DNA of 64,000 bases from Nymphaea colorata (Eukaryota). Shown piece after piece: positions 27,701 to 39,871 of this stretch (positions are counted from its first letter, which is position 1; every line of letters begins with the position of its first letter). Both the position numbers and the translations under genes were made by a program. The notes beneath the pieces were generated by a model, which ran no database searches, was not told where the DNA came from, and saw only the letters and a list, made by a program, of their open reading frames with translations. Location: assembly GCF_008831285.2 (NCBI RefSeq), contig NC_045138.2, positions 31,682,001 to 31,746,000 on the forward strand. The letters run 5' to 3'.

Positions 27701-27753
27701 TCGGAAGCACCCTCCCGTAAGCGGCACCGCGACCAGCCCCTCCACTTCCACCA

Positions 27754-27927
27754 ATGGCAACCATCACTCCATTTTCCGGCGCCACCGGATCCCGGCGAGC
27801 TCGCCGGAAGATCGTCTCCGGGAGGCGGTTCTCCGAGGTGCTGAAGCAGCAGAAGACCAGACTCTACATACTGAGGCGTTGCATAGTGATGCTTCTTTGC
27901 TGGCACGCTCACGCCCTCCCCGACTAG
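27754..27927 (+). CDS. DVL: DEVIL/ROTUNDIFOLIA4-like (DVL/RTFL) small peptide, 57 aa
   Basis: Intronless [60 protein letters not shown]. It carries the diagnostic RTF domain [20 protein letters not shown]. Good start context (ccaATGG). Below the ORF-track length cut-off. Confidence 0.95.
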   Translation: MATITPFSGATGSRRARRKIVSGRRFSEVLKQQKTRLYILRRCIVMLLCWHAHALPD

Positions 27928-28958
27928 GCCTCGCACCGACACTCTCCCGTCGAGATTCCGGCCGTTCATAGCCGGGAACCGTCCTCCAGTCGTGCGCCGC
28001 TAGCTTCAAGTCTGTTTTTCCCCTTTGCAGAACCCGCTGCGGCCGATCCGAAACTGCCGGAATCTTCTGCGCCCCCGGATTCCGGCGAAGTTGGAAGGAG
28101 CGGCACGCTCCGGCTTCTGAGTTTTGGAGAGGACATGGCCACCGCACGTGCTTGCAGGTCGAGGAGGATTGAGGGGTATTTCGGTAATTTTACAAGAGAA
28201 GCGATGTTCTTGCAATCTGGACCATTTATTTGACAACGAGCGGCCAAGATTGCTTCCAAGATGAGTGGTTTAAGCCCCTTTGTATATTGTCCTCCATTTA
28301 TCGACTGTACAACTGGTCAAATCAAATGCCTTTTCATGGTTAATTTGGATATGGGTCGGATATCTGGTCGGATCCAAATCTGTTGATCAGATTATTCAGT
28401 GCGTTTACAAGTCGGGTTTGGCATGCGTTGGCTTGTATCCCGTCGAAAATGAGTTGATCATAATTTGCCGTGTCCAATACAGCACTCACCATCAGCGTAT
28501 ATTGGATACTTTTTATTTTTTATATTTAAAAATGATTATAAATGTGTAACAAAGTAGAAATGCTTAGGCGGGAAATTACTTAGATGCCGAAGCTTAAGCT
28601 TATGAGTTGGCTTCGTTATGGAAATTATTTCTCTACCTAACACTACAAGTTCAAGATTGGTGACATCTTGTCAACTTGGTGATATTGATATGAGAAAAGC
28701 CCCTATAACTTCTAGACTCATGACGTCTTGTCAACTTGCTGATGTTGATACAATCATATATGTAAGCAGCGGTTGAGTCAGAAATTTCTAGCTAAAGGGC
28801 ACGTTGAGGCGCACTTGGATCTAATAAGACAGCTCATGTAGCTACACCCATGACGTAAGTAAATCTTTCATTTAGAATCCACACGCAGTGTGGGCAGTTG
28901 CCCACGTGTAGTCCCACCATTGATCTCAAACTTTATGAAAAAGAGAAAAAAAGTTTAA

Positions 28959-29108
28959 GGTTGTATTTGATAGTCTCAGATCTTAGATCCGACAATGGGT
29001 TTGGGAGATCATCAGTTTAAACAAACCAGATCACTGTAGCATAGACTTTAAATCCATGCTACATGTTAAAAACAATGGATTAAAGTTATCTGTAAAACAA
29101 ACACAACC
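28959..29108. mobile_element. PIF/Harbinger (Tourist-like) MITE
   Basis: TIRs ggttgtatttg ... caaacacaacc with TAA on both sides. Related gatttcaaatcc-rich copies near 14040-14210, 23940-24193, 43250-43640 and 44294-44417. Confidence 0.75.
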
Positions 29109-29202
29109 TAAGTGATTGACTCTGCAATCTTTATAGTGTAGGGAAGATGCCCTGTCATTGTGGTGGAGTATTTGTGATATTCATTTACTATTATGCCTTC
29201 AA

Positions 29203-29356
29203 GGAGCTGTTTGAGAACAGTAATGGTTGGTATTTCATGCATCTATTCCAAAAAGTGAGGTAGATTCATAAAATACTTTTGAAAGTTTGAATCTGACCAA
29301 ATTTTAAGTTAGATATATGAAATACTAACATAATGTTACTTTTTCCAAACAACTCC
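29203..29356. mobile_element. Tourist-like MITE
   Basis: TIRs ggagctgtttgag ... tccaaacaactcc, flanked by caa/taa. Confidence 0.6.
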
Positions 29357-30007
29357 TAAATGCACGACAAAAATAAAGTTAGTGACAAACTTAATCAATT
29401 CAGTGGCCAATTCAAGAGTTGCATGTGTCATTTTTATTTATTTTTTACGACCAAATTTAATTCCGCCAATATGCAATTTCACTGATTCAGTTCAAAAACT
29501 TAATTTACAACATGTGCTATATGCAATTGACAATAAACTAATATCTCTCGGTCTTGATTTCCGAACATATGTTTATCAGTTGACAATAAACTAATATCTT
29601 TAGTAGTACCAACGATGCAAAGATTGGTCCTGAAATACTTCTACATGCTAAGTGCAGAGCCCTTTTTTGGGTTTATTTATTTTTAAATTAACATTTTTAA
29701 ATCTGGTCTTTTATGTATTTTATGTATATGAGTGCCCCTTCATATATGAAAATATATGAAAAGTGTCCCTATGAATATGAAAATATATGAAGAATGACAA
29801 TTTCATAAAATTTTTCTGGCTTCACCATTCCTGAAGTACATGATTTGATGTTATATGCAATGCTTAAAAAGTTGTCACACCATAATAACGGTGTTTGTGT
29901 GACAAACTAACTTATGTGAGTATACCAAGCTCGTGGCGGCTGCTTGAGGCTGTAAATAGCTTTGTCTAACTTACACACATGGCGGGGAAACTTAAGATGT
30001 TTGTAAC

Positions 30008-30185
30008 CAGGGGCGAAGGGAAGGGGGGGCGCCGCCTAGGCCATGGCCCTACCCCAGCCAATGATTTTTTTTTTTTTACTTAATTACGTAATGTATTTTA
30101 TGTATTAGAATTCAGTTTGACACTACCCGAATCTAGAGGTCAGACTGTCGGCCCGCCCCTGAAAAAGATCCTCGCTCCGCCCCTG
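30008..30185. mobile_element. hAT-type MITE (CAGGGGCGGAGC-TIR family)
   Basis: Ends caggggcgaagg ... gctccgcccctg. Perfect 8-bp TSD tttgtaac at 30000-30007 and 30186-30193. Confidence 0.85.
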
Positions 30186-30506
30186 TTTGTAACCTTCTGG
30201 TTGCAACATATATATGCCTTTAAATAGAACTTTATTTAAAAAAAGCATTATCAAAACCCAGTTGCCGACGAAGTCTCAAAATGAATGTATGTTTGATGTC
30301 TCTAAGAAATCCACACTAGGTGAGCTTTTGATTAATTACCTTTGGTATGAGAATCATTTTCCGGAGAGTTTGGCTTGGAAATTTTGGCCGGAGGGATACT
30401 AATTCAATAACTTCGATCCTTTTCGGGCCACTTATATATACACATATCAAATATTTGAAGACAACAATGTAAAAATAAACATATTTTGTGAGATTGGTGT
30501 GGGCTT

Positions 30507-30743
30507 CTATGTCACCAGGGTGTGGCAACCCTGGTGACGCACCTGCATCAACACGATGCGGGTGCGACCCAGATTCGCACCCAAACCGCATCCTATTGAT
30601 TTCAGTTTTTTTTAGTTTTTTTTATCAAATTTGATACTATTAATATATTATATTAATAAATTAATAATAATAATAAATACCCTCGCCGCACAGTCGCACC
30701 GACACCCACATCCGCACCCCCACCCCGCATTCTAGTGACATAG
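30507..30743. mobile_element. hAT-like MITE (CTATGTCAC TIR, CGCACC-rich)
   Basis: TIRs ctatgtcac ... gtgacatag. Degenerate 8-bp TSD gtgggctt/gtgcgctc. Confidence 0.7.
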
Positions 30744-31989
30744 GTGCGCTCAATATGGGTCAGCCACTGGCCATAAATGCATCCCGACTAGTTTCCAATG
30801 AATCGGTACCATTTGGTTTCATAATGTGAAAACACTTTTCTTGATTAAGAAACAAGTCGTACATGTTGGAAAATGTTAATATCTGGATATTGATATCAAA
30901 CATGCTTTGAATCAATCAAGTTGTTTTTACGAAAAAAAAAAAAGATTTTTCTATTATCAAAATATTGATTTCAGCCATTCGTTTTTGCTTATTATAAAAA
31001 CACTATTAAACGTGAAATTTGATCAACTTAATATATATTTTGCATCAACCTATTCTTAAAATCATATCGATTAGCTTAAGTTAAACAAAAAACTTTAAAT
31101 ATCACATTTAAAGAGTCTGGTTTTTGTCCCTGACCTATTGGTCTGGCCTTCTTAAAATAATATGATTTAGGTACAGGTTGGGTTTCGTCTTTAATTTTCT
31201 GTTTATTCTAATTATGTAGACGAATTAAAATGATATTGATCCAGATCTTTCTTAAAGTCATATTTACAAGTTTGTCATGGAAATATATATAAAATTAGCC
31301 TGAAAACTTTGTAACAAATTATGCAAATAACACTGGATTTGTGTTACTGCAGGCCATTTCGAGGATTGTTAGTAAGAAATTCACTTTTGATCCAGACTGC
31401 ACTTACATCTCATTTTGTAATATTTCTAAATTGCTTTAAATAAAAAATAATAAAAATGCAATCCCGACCAATTTTGAAATTTTTCGTAAACCAAATCGAT
31501 TGTGAAAAAACTAAATTTCTTCAACATTGCCCACCGTATTGGATTTGGATCTGGATCTCGTCTCGGATTTGGATTGTCCAATGTCGGCCAGCTTTGACTT
31601 GCACCTGCTTGGAATCTCGGACCTTCCAGAACTGGACCCGTTTGGTCCCACTCAAAGTGTTTAAAACGTTTAATTATCGCTACCAAGTTCTCGTGAAATT
31701 ATAGAAGGATATTTCTATTCAACTTTCATAAAAAAAAATGTTAATTATAGAAACTGAAATACGATGTCAGAAAATATCTTTTTGAAAAATTAAATAGTAA
31801 AGGAAAATTATTTTCTTGATTTTAAGTTCTCAACGACCTGAGCCAATTTCACGTTTTTTTCCCTTGTTCTTGAAAAAAAGGTACCGACATTTATCACCCG
31901 GGACCCGTTCATCGCGGATGCTAACGAAAAGTCCATCTTGAGTAACTTATTTACGAAACTGCCCTCCTATTTCACATTTGCTTGCCTGC

Positions 31990-33224
31990 TGCTTCCCATT
32001 TGGGATCTGATTCATCTCCCTCTCTCTCTGTCTCTCTCTTTCTCTCTCTCTGTGGTTGATGTATCGATGTGCCTCTTCTCTCTCGCTTGTCTCCGGCGGA
32101 GGTATGCGCCCCTCGACCACTCGATCTCGATTTTATTTTTGCCTCTTAAATTTCTATTTGGTTCCTTCTTTTTATATATAATTGTCCGCATTTCCCGTCT
32201 TGTGGTTGCTCGGAATCTCAAACTTTCGTTTAATGTGATAAGTTTCTCCCTGGATGGAAATGGTAGCTCTTGCCGTGGCAATTCCATTCCGGGGGTTACG
32301 ACGCTGTCGGTATTGAGATAGATCTAGGGTTTCTGAATAACTGCGTTCGTCGCTTTTTTACGTAATTTGATGATCAGAACTGCGTTCGTCGCTTTTTACG
32401 TAATTTAGTTATCTAGCTCGGAATCTGCGTTGGATTTAGCAGGAAACCCTTTTTGGCTCCTAATTTGCAGGGGAATTCTTCGGAAGAGAAAATTCGGATA
32501 TCTTGTGCGGGCTCATTTTTCGCGATCTACTCTTCGGGGTTTCTATCCCGGATTGACCGACTTGTGTGTGCAAATTATTCTGCGCCATGATCTGCATGTC
32601 GTAGGTTTTGCACATTCACGCGGGAGTGGGATTGTTCGTTCTGAGATCTGCTTTCTGCCGTATCCGATCTAATGAAGTGGGCGTGTGATACGTGAATACT
32701 GTACATTAAGAAATTTTCATAACCAGCTCACAGAGGAATGGGAATTAGGAGTATTCGTGGCAGATGCCCAGAGTTTCCTTACGTTCCACTTAGTTAGGAA
32801 ATTAATTGCCGTTGAAATCGATTTTTCAATCTTGCTTTGGTATAAAGGGAGCTATTTTAATATCCGTTTAGTTATTCCTTCCAAAAATTAAAATAATGGT
32901 GGCTTATTTTTAGAAGAAGCCAATATTTCTTTCTTTGCTGGGTTGATTTGTTGTCATTCAAATACGAGTGAATTTAACTATGGTAAGCGGTTGGGATGTT
33001 TGAATATTCTAAATTCCAACTGGTGGATGCTTCTTGTCTGAGTGTGTGTGTGTGTGCGCATTTCTTTTCCATGCGTCACTCGTAGATGTTCAACTTACAT
33101 ATATGTGGAACCCTTTTTTCCCTTTCAGGTGACGTGTAAGTGGATGTTGGAAATTGGGTATTGATGTTGATCTCGTAGAGGTTCTAGAACATAACTTTTC
33201 CAATTTGAAGGAGTTTAACCAGAT
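31990..33224 (+). promoter_or_regulatory. SYP32 5' leader with (CT)n tract, 5'UTR intron (32102-33128) and uORFs
   Basis: CT-rich leader exon, donor AG|GTATGC at 32101/32102, acceptor TTTCAG|G at 33128/33129, telo-box tagggttt near 32325. The transcription start is not known. Confidence 0.55.
32339..32406. repeat. Near-tandem ~30-bp duplication
   Basis: aactgcgttcgtcgcttttt(t)acgtaattt at 32339-32368 and 32378-32406. Confidence 0.9.
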
Positions 33225-36200
33225 ATGCCGATAAAAGCTGTTCAATCTTCTTATAGAGATCGAACAAATGAATTTTTGACGGTAGCAGAGAAACTTAAGA
33301 AGTCTATTTCATCCACGGCTAATGGTCCCAGCACTGCAAGTTCGAAACCTGAAGGGCCAGAATCTGCTATTTCTATTCAAAAGGAATTTAACAAAAGGGC
33401 CTCCAAAATTGGATTTGGGATTCATCAGACATCACAGAAACTTTCAAAGCTTGCTCAATGTAAGTGATTCTTATTATGATTTTTTTTTTTGTATACAATT
33501 GTTTCCTTTATTCATGTTACTCAAAGTGCTTCCTGATGTCATGGAAATGTCAGCACCAGTTTATGATGGATGGTTGCATGCATTTTTCGAGTGGTATATC
33601 ATTTTCATTTATTAATAAGCATCATAGTGATGTTTGCAAAATCAGTTTCCCCAAGTATTCGGAGACGATCACCAAGTAGGAAATGAAATTATATGTTGAT
33701 CGGATTGATTAAAAGTGTTTTTGATTAAAAAAATTATATCTGGAAAGAAATCAGGAAAACCGAGAAAAATGGGAAACACAATGTAAAAGCATAAATACTT
33801 TAAGCAAATAAAAGATGACAAAATTTGAAAAAAAAAAGGAAGAAAAGTCTAATGTAAAATCAGATTTAAGTTGAATATCGAAAATAATATGTACTTAACA
33901 AGATTATGTGATAACTGATTGCTGGATGTCAAGATACAATATACCCTGGATGTCCTTTTCTTATGGTAATTCTTAGATTTCTACATGAATCAGAAGAGAC
34001 TGAGATCTGTGTAAAACTTTCAACAGAGGTGAATCTAAAATCCTTTGTGCATTCCCCCAAAAAGATGTAAGACACATCTGAGACTAGGAAAATTCACATG
34101 GAAGCAAAAGAATCACTGCTGAAGGGAGCAATATTAATATTCTCTCAGGCACAAGATCAGAAAACCAACAAGTTTCAAATTTACAAAGCGATTGATCAGT
34201 TACGTTTAGATATGGATGCTGTGGGTTCCATCTGATGAATAAGGAAATGAAACACAGAAAAAAAAAAGAGTAGAACAGAACTTGAAGATAGATCTGTCAA
34301 GTTCCTATGGCAGAAGAAGAAAGAAATACCTTCTTTGGCAACCTCATGACCTGAATCTTTCTACTCAGTGGACGGATGGCTGCTGGAGTGCTGCTTTGCT
34401 GCTTCTGGTGTAAGTAATGCTTGTGAGGTTTCAATTTAGGTGAAAAGACCTACAAGGTCATCAATGCGATTTTTATATTTTATGGGCAAAATTGGCAAAT
34501 CAGGCTGAATGAGAGATTCAGATGATCAAACCTGTTCAGGTGAATCGGCAAAAGTTGGCTGATCTTTTAAGACCCCTGGCTTGACACGTGCACCAATTAG
34601 GAAAGGGTCTGATTTGATTCGAATTGGTGATTTGTACAACGGTGGATTGTGGAATCTTTTGTTGCTAGATTGTTGTACATTAACTTGGTTGGATGTTGTA
34701 GAAATTTGAGCCAAACTGAGACTTGATTAAAGATAGTAAATCCATCTCTTATTAATTAGTTCTGCTGGCCGTGTTGCAATGTGATACTGCAAGCAAATGC
34801 CTGTTTTTTGTCATGCTTTTGCCAACAAGATAACAGTTGTGATTTATTCTCTTTAATTTACAATTCAATGTCATATGGAACTGGATAGACCTTTTCTTTT
34901 GTATGAAAATACTTCTTACAATTTTGAATATAAGAATGTGCTAGCCTTGAACTAACAGAGGGAAATTACTCACACACACTGCTCTTGCGAAAGCCCAGCC
35001 TTCACACCTTAAAATTGATAATTCTCTTGGTAATTAGGGTTAACTCCCTTAACGACCTTATATACTGCTATCCTATAACATGGGGTGGGTTACTGAGACC
35101 TACCATCCACCTGACCCAGTTCCTAAACTGACTCCACGCAGGGCAGATCCTGCCTCTGCTGATCCGACTATATGGACCTAATAACAGACTTTCCCGACCC
35201 ACTAACTTCATGCCTAACAGAATGTTATTACATTGGTCCAGATACAATATTTCTTCTTCAAGATAGCTAAAGCATTCATGCCAACCCTTTTATCATAGAA
35301 TTTAAATAGTTTCTAGATAGGTTGTTGAGGCTAGATCTCCCTTGACAGTATGAAATTGATGAAGCTTGTATTTAGTTTATACTTCGTAATTCGGATTTCT
35401 GTTACCTATTATTGGTGTTGTCGGCTGTTAACAAGAGCTTCCTGTTAAACTTGTCCGTGTCTTAAATGAAAAAAAATTGTTTTCCTTGGTCAACAAAAAT
35501 GTTCTGACAACAAAAGTTGGCTGTTCAATGGATTCCAATGAAGAAAAACAAAGTCATCTATGGTCACCCTAAGGTTTATACAACTTTAGATGACGGGAAT
35601 CGATAGATTTTACTCAGCTGGATATGATCTTGATGTCGAGCTCTACCTCCATAAAGGCACAGGGGAGTAACACCAGGAAGGGAGCAAATAAACACATATA
35701 TTCATTGTTTATATTTATAAAATATAAATTAGTAAACAAAAAAAAAAAGCCAAAGAGTACAAAAAATACGAGCTTGACATAGGTGTGGGGCCAGCACCCT
35801 TCCAATGGTGTCCATGTAGCATAGATTGGCATAGGTTGAACCATTGAAGGAATGCAAGAAAGAAGGTTAGACATGGGTAATCAATCATGCAGAACACAAT
35901 ATTACTTTTGGCAAATTAGTTCCTGAATAGCATTGTGGACCATATCCAACTTTAAATATTATGATAGGCATGTTAAATGAACCATAAACAGGAAGATTCC
36001 AAAATGCCAAATGGGTAGCATGGTTCTGGTTCTCGATTAATTTACTTTTAAAAAATTTACGGGGTACAGATTCCAGCTCATGCATGCATGGGACCAGCAC
36101 TTTATCTGGGTATTTAAAGAAATCAATTGGAATCAAGACAATGCCCCAATCTATCAAATCCTTGGCTGGGGGAATGATAGTAGATCATCTTCATGGATGG

Positions 36201-39200
36201 TTGAGGATGTTCAGCTGAAAAGTATAATGTTTAGTGAAACTGAAAGGCTATGTTATATAGATTGTTATATGGATTGAATGGGTTAACCATATAACGTAAG
36301 TCAGTAAAAATGTTTGGTAATTTCAGAAAGTTGTCAAATTGTGCCTCTCTCTTCTTTATTGTTCCAACCCATTTCCAGCCATTAAAATAGTGTGATAACT
36401 GATAAGTTGTTTGTGACATGCATTAATGAACAGTGCTTGATACATTTGGTTTGAGAAAGAAAAGCCTGCTTCTTTTGGTTTTTCTTCCTCTCCCTTTGTG
36501 AAGTTGTTTGGTGCTTGTTTGATTCTCATTATCACTTAATCAGCATGTCTATTTGTTTGTGCTGATGCAAGAATCTTTTTGGAAATTTGTAGTATTTGTG
36601 CAACGCTGGTGGCAATGACATGATTTTGCTATTATGGTGTTGTTGAAGTTAAACTGCTGCATATGGGTGTCTCTTTTTGCTGTGTGGTTTTTTTGGTACT
36701 TGTAGTTTGCTCAAGTCGACACATGGACAAGACCTCCTTGGAGTGCAAGGGCTAATATAAGCTTATCTTGCAGTGGCTAAGAGGACATCTTACTATGATG
36801 ACCCAACTGTGGAGATCCAAGAGCTAACTGCCGTAATTAAGCAAGATATAAATGCCTTAAACAATGCTGTTGGGGACCTTCAGGTCTTATGTAATTCACA
36901 AAATGGAAGTGGGAGCATCTCAAAGGACACCACCAACCATGCAACAACAGTAGTGGATAATCTGAAAAATCGCTTGATGAGCACAACAAAAGAGTTCAAG
37001 GATGTTCTTACAATGCGTACAGAGGTAGGTCCTATCGCCATGTGAAGAAATGCTTGCAAGGTCTATGTCTGACTAACTAATCCATCGCAAACTAGCAATT
37101 TTATCTACCAAGATATAGTGTGGTTGCCAGCCTGTTAAACATTTTGATATGGATGTCCTTACATGCTTCCTCTTAATGTAAGTCCAGATTAACAATTTTT
37201 TGTTTATATGCTGTTCAGAACCTGAAAGTTCATGAGAACAGGCGGCAGCTGTATACTTCTGGTCCTTCAAAAGACAAAAGTAATCCTTTTGTTCGTCAGC
37301 GTCCTCTTGCTGCCAAGGCAGCCAATGCATCAACTGCACCACCTCTTCCATGGGAAAGTAGTACATCATCCTCATCTCAATTATTCTCAAGGCAAGTTTA
37401 TCCAATGGTTTTTTGCTTATTAAAAAAACATCTGGAGTGCTAGTTTCTGCATTCTGAAATGATAGAATTGGTATCCGCACCTTTTTTTGTTTTCATGGTT
37501 CTTGTTTAAAGTCATAATATGCTACTGATTGAGGTTTTGTTGATGGACCTTTCTGACAGTTTGAGAATAATAGTTGCATCTTCATGTTACAGAAATTTAA
37601 GGAATCTAAACTCCCATGGCTTTTGAAAGAGCTCTTGTTTCCCTTTCATCTGAGGGTACTTCTTTGTTCTTTATTGTTGAATAGTAGCAATAACTCAGAA
37701 CATGAAATATGAAGACAGTTCAGTCGCTTCAATGACAGTTCAGTTTCTCTTCCTGTCTTCCTAATCCACCACAAGTTACTGGTGTCAGAAAAGTTTCCAG
37801 TCGGTAAAAATCCTTGAGGGTCCTCCCTTGCACTCCAGATAATGGCCTTTTGGCAAAGGATGCCTACTATAGGTTTTAAAGGCGTGGTGTTCTGACAACT
37901 TGGTTATTTCCACGAGCACTCCCTACTGAAAGAGCTGAGTCTTGGAGCCCTTGTGAATGATTAAATCAATTATTGCGGCCAAGGCAAGAAAGGCCCTTTA
38001 TTAGTTCTGGAAAAGTTTAAACTTCAGTATTGATAATTTGGTATGTTCAAAACCATTTTATGAGCTCTTTTTCCTTGCGTTTCCATTCTTTCTGTTCTCT
38101 TTTTCAACCTATGTTTTCTCAAGGCAATACTTAGAAGTGGGGAAAATAATTTAGTTGAAAAGAAAACTATGAAATTTACGTATGTCTCAAATTTTTCATG
38201 ACCATGTCTCCATCTTGACATGAATAGTATGCCATATGGTAACCATCAGATAGATAAATTCTCGTCATCATTTCTCTCTCTCTCTCATGTCTTGACATAA
38301 AAATCACACAAGACAAATTGAGTTTCTTATGGAAGCAGGGAATATGCTTTTTGCATGATTTTCTCCCTTTTCCCAGTTCAACAGATGACTTAGGGGCCTG
38401 TTTATTTTACCCTTGGACTTCTGCTTATCCTGGTTACTGTAAAACAAATGGTCTGTGCGAAAAGCAGTGGCACAGATGGAACCATGGCAGGCCCCACTTG
38501 TTTCCCAAGGAAAGGGCAGATCCATTTATATCATATCTCAGAAAATGGCACTTCCAACTGCTTGCATTACGGTGGTTGTGATCATTTAGAGGTGTTGATT
38601 AATCTCTTGCGTGTGGAATATACAGGAGGCAGATGAATGGAGAGCCATCAACACCTACTGGTTCATCTTCTCAACAGCAGCAGCAGATGGTTGCAATGCA
38701 AGATACTTACATGCAGAGTAGGGCAGACGCTCTGCAGAACGTTGAATCAACTATTCATGAGCTCAGTAGCATCTTCACTCAACTAGCTACCATGGTGTCA
38801 CAACAAGGGGAGCTTGCTATCAGGTGCGTGTCCACATGAGAAAGAGAGAGAGAGAGAGCCACTGCTTTGGCAGAGATGAAAGTTTAGTGCTTGACATAGT
38901 GCCAAGAATGACTGAACCAGTTTGTCAAGTCCTCACCTCATCAGCGTATTAGTTACCAGCATGGCAAGAACAGAAAAATCTGGGTATTGGCTTGCTGACT
39001 GGTGGACTTTTTGCTGACAAGGCTAATGAAATACATTTCCAAACCAATCATATGCATAAATGGATATGACATGAACGACGTTATGCACCTACTACTGATT
39101 TTGTCGTGCTTATGACAATCAGCACCGAATCTTTACGATTATACTGAGTTGCGCATCATGGGATCCCAGAGTTTAAACTCCTTGTACTTGCTCTGTAGAC

Positions 39201-39394
39201 ATTAGAAAATCTGATCATGTTTTATGTGCTTTAGGATTGACGAGAACATGGACGACACACTGGCAAATGTGGAGGGTGCACAAGGAGCCTTGCTCAAATA
39301 CCTCAATAGCATATCTTCCAACCGTTGGTTGATGATCAAGATATTCTTTGTACTGATTGTATTTTTGATGATTTTCCTATTTTTTGTCGCTTGA
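33225..39394 (+). CDS. SYP32: Syntaxin-32-like Golgi Qa-SNARE (Sed5/syntaxin-5 family), ~338 aa
   Basis: Exons 33225-33459, 36774-37024, 37219-37391, 38626-38823, 39235-39394 (1017 nt). N-terminal YRDRTNEF motif, LAKRTS..DDPTVEIQELT, SNARE motif ALQNVESTIHELSSIFTQLATMVSQQGELAIRIDENM, C-terminal anchor RWLMIKIFFVLIVFLMIFLFFVA. Intron 3 has a GC donor (AG|GCAAGT). Confidence 0.95.
33694..35232. mobile_element. Possible LTR-retrotransposon remnants (solo-LTR-like) in SYP32 intron 1
   Basis: One segment is bounded by tgttg (33694) and caaca (34827). A second LTR-like segment ends gttattaca (35232). TSDs do not match cleanly and no coding domain was recognised. Confidence 0.3.
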
Positions 39395-39624
39395 GAAAAT
39401 GAATAACATGATTCAACCAACTGTGCCTCCACGTTTTGTAGCTTATTATTCCTTTGATCAAAGGGATGGGGTTCACTTTTCTGCGTTCCATGTTTAACTT
39501 AGTTGAGAAGAACTTCCCTTTTGTATGTTGGATCCGTGATGTATAAACAGATTCCGAGAAAGTTAATCTTATACTAGTATATATTTTGTTCATCTGGAAC
39601 CTGTTTGTCTTGAATTGGAAGAAG

Positions 39625-39871
39625 AGTGGGATCTTGCCCTGTGGGTGATTCGTCTCACGGGGATGCAACATCTTGGGTGTGTTGGTGGTGAGACATACCG
39701 GCATTGTCAGCCACCCCAAGTATGCCACTAAAGAGAGTAATGAGAGGGGAGCAACCCGACAAGCCAAAGCCGCTGCTGCCTGAGTGGCTCTAGGAGAGCA
39801 TCACCCACAGGAATTGAACCAATGACCTGCTATCTACTTACCAATTGACTCGACCAGCTATGTTATATCCC
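39625..39871 (-). mobile_element. tRNA-derived SINE-like element downstream of SYP32
   Basis: Minus strand begins gggatataacatagctgg (A box) and has ggttcaattcc (B box), then a GC-richer body with a 12-bp internal inverted repeat. 3' end uncertain. Confidence 0.5.

Noticed and set aside
27649..28259. Several 76-127 aa minus-strand ORFs over the DVL locus
   Set aside because: Expected shadows of GC-rich sequence. The plus-strand RTF peptide explains the locus.
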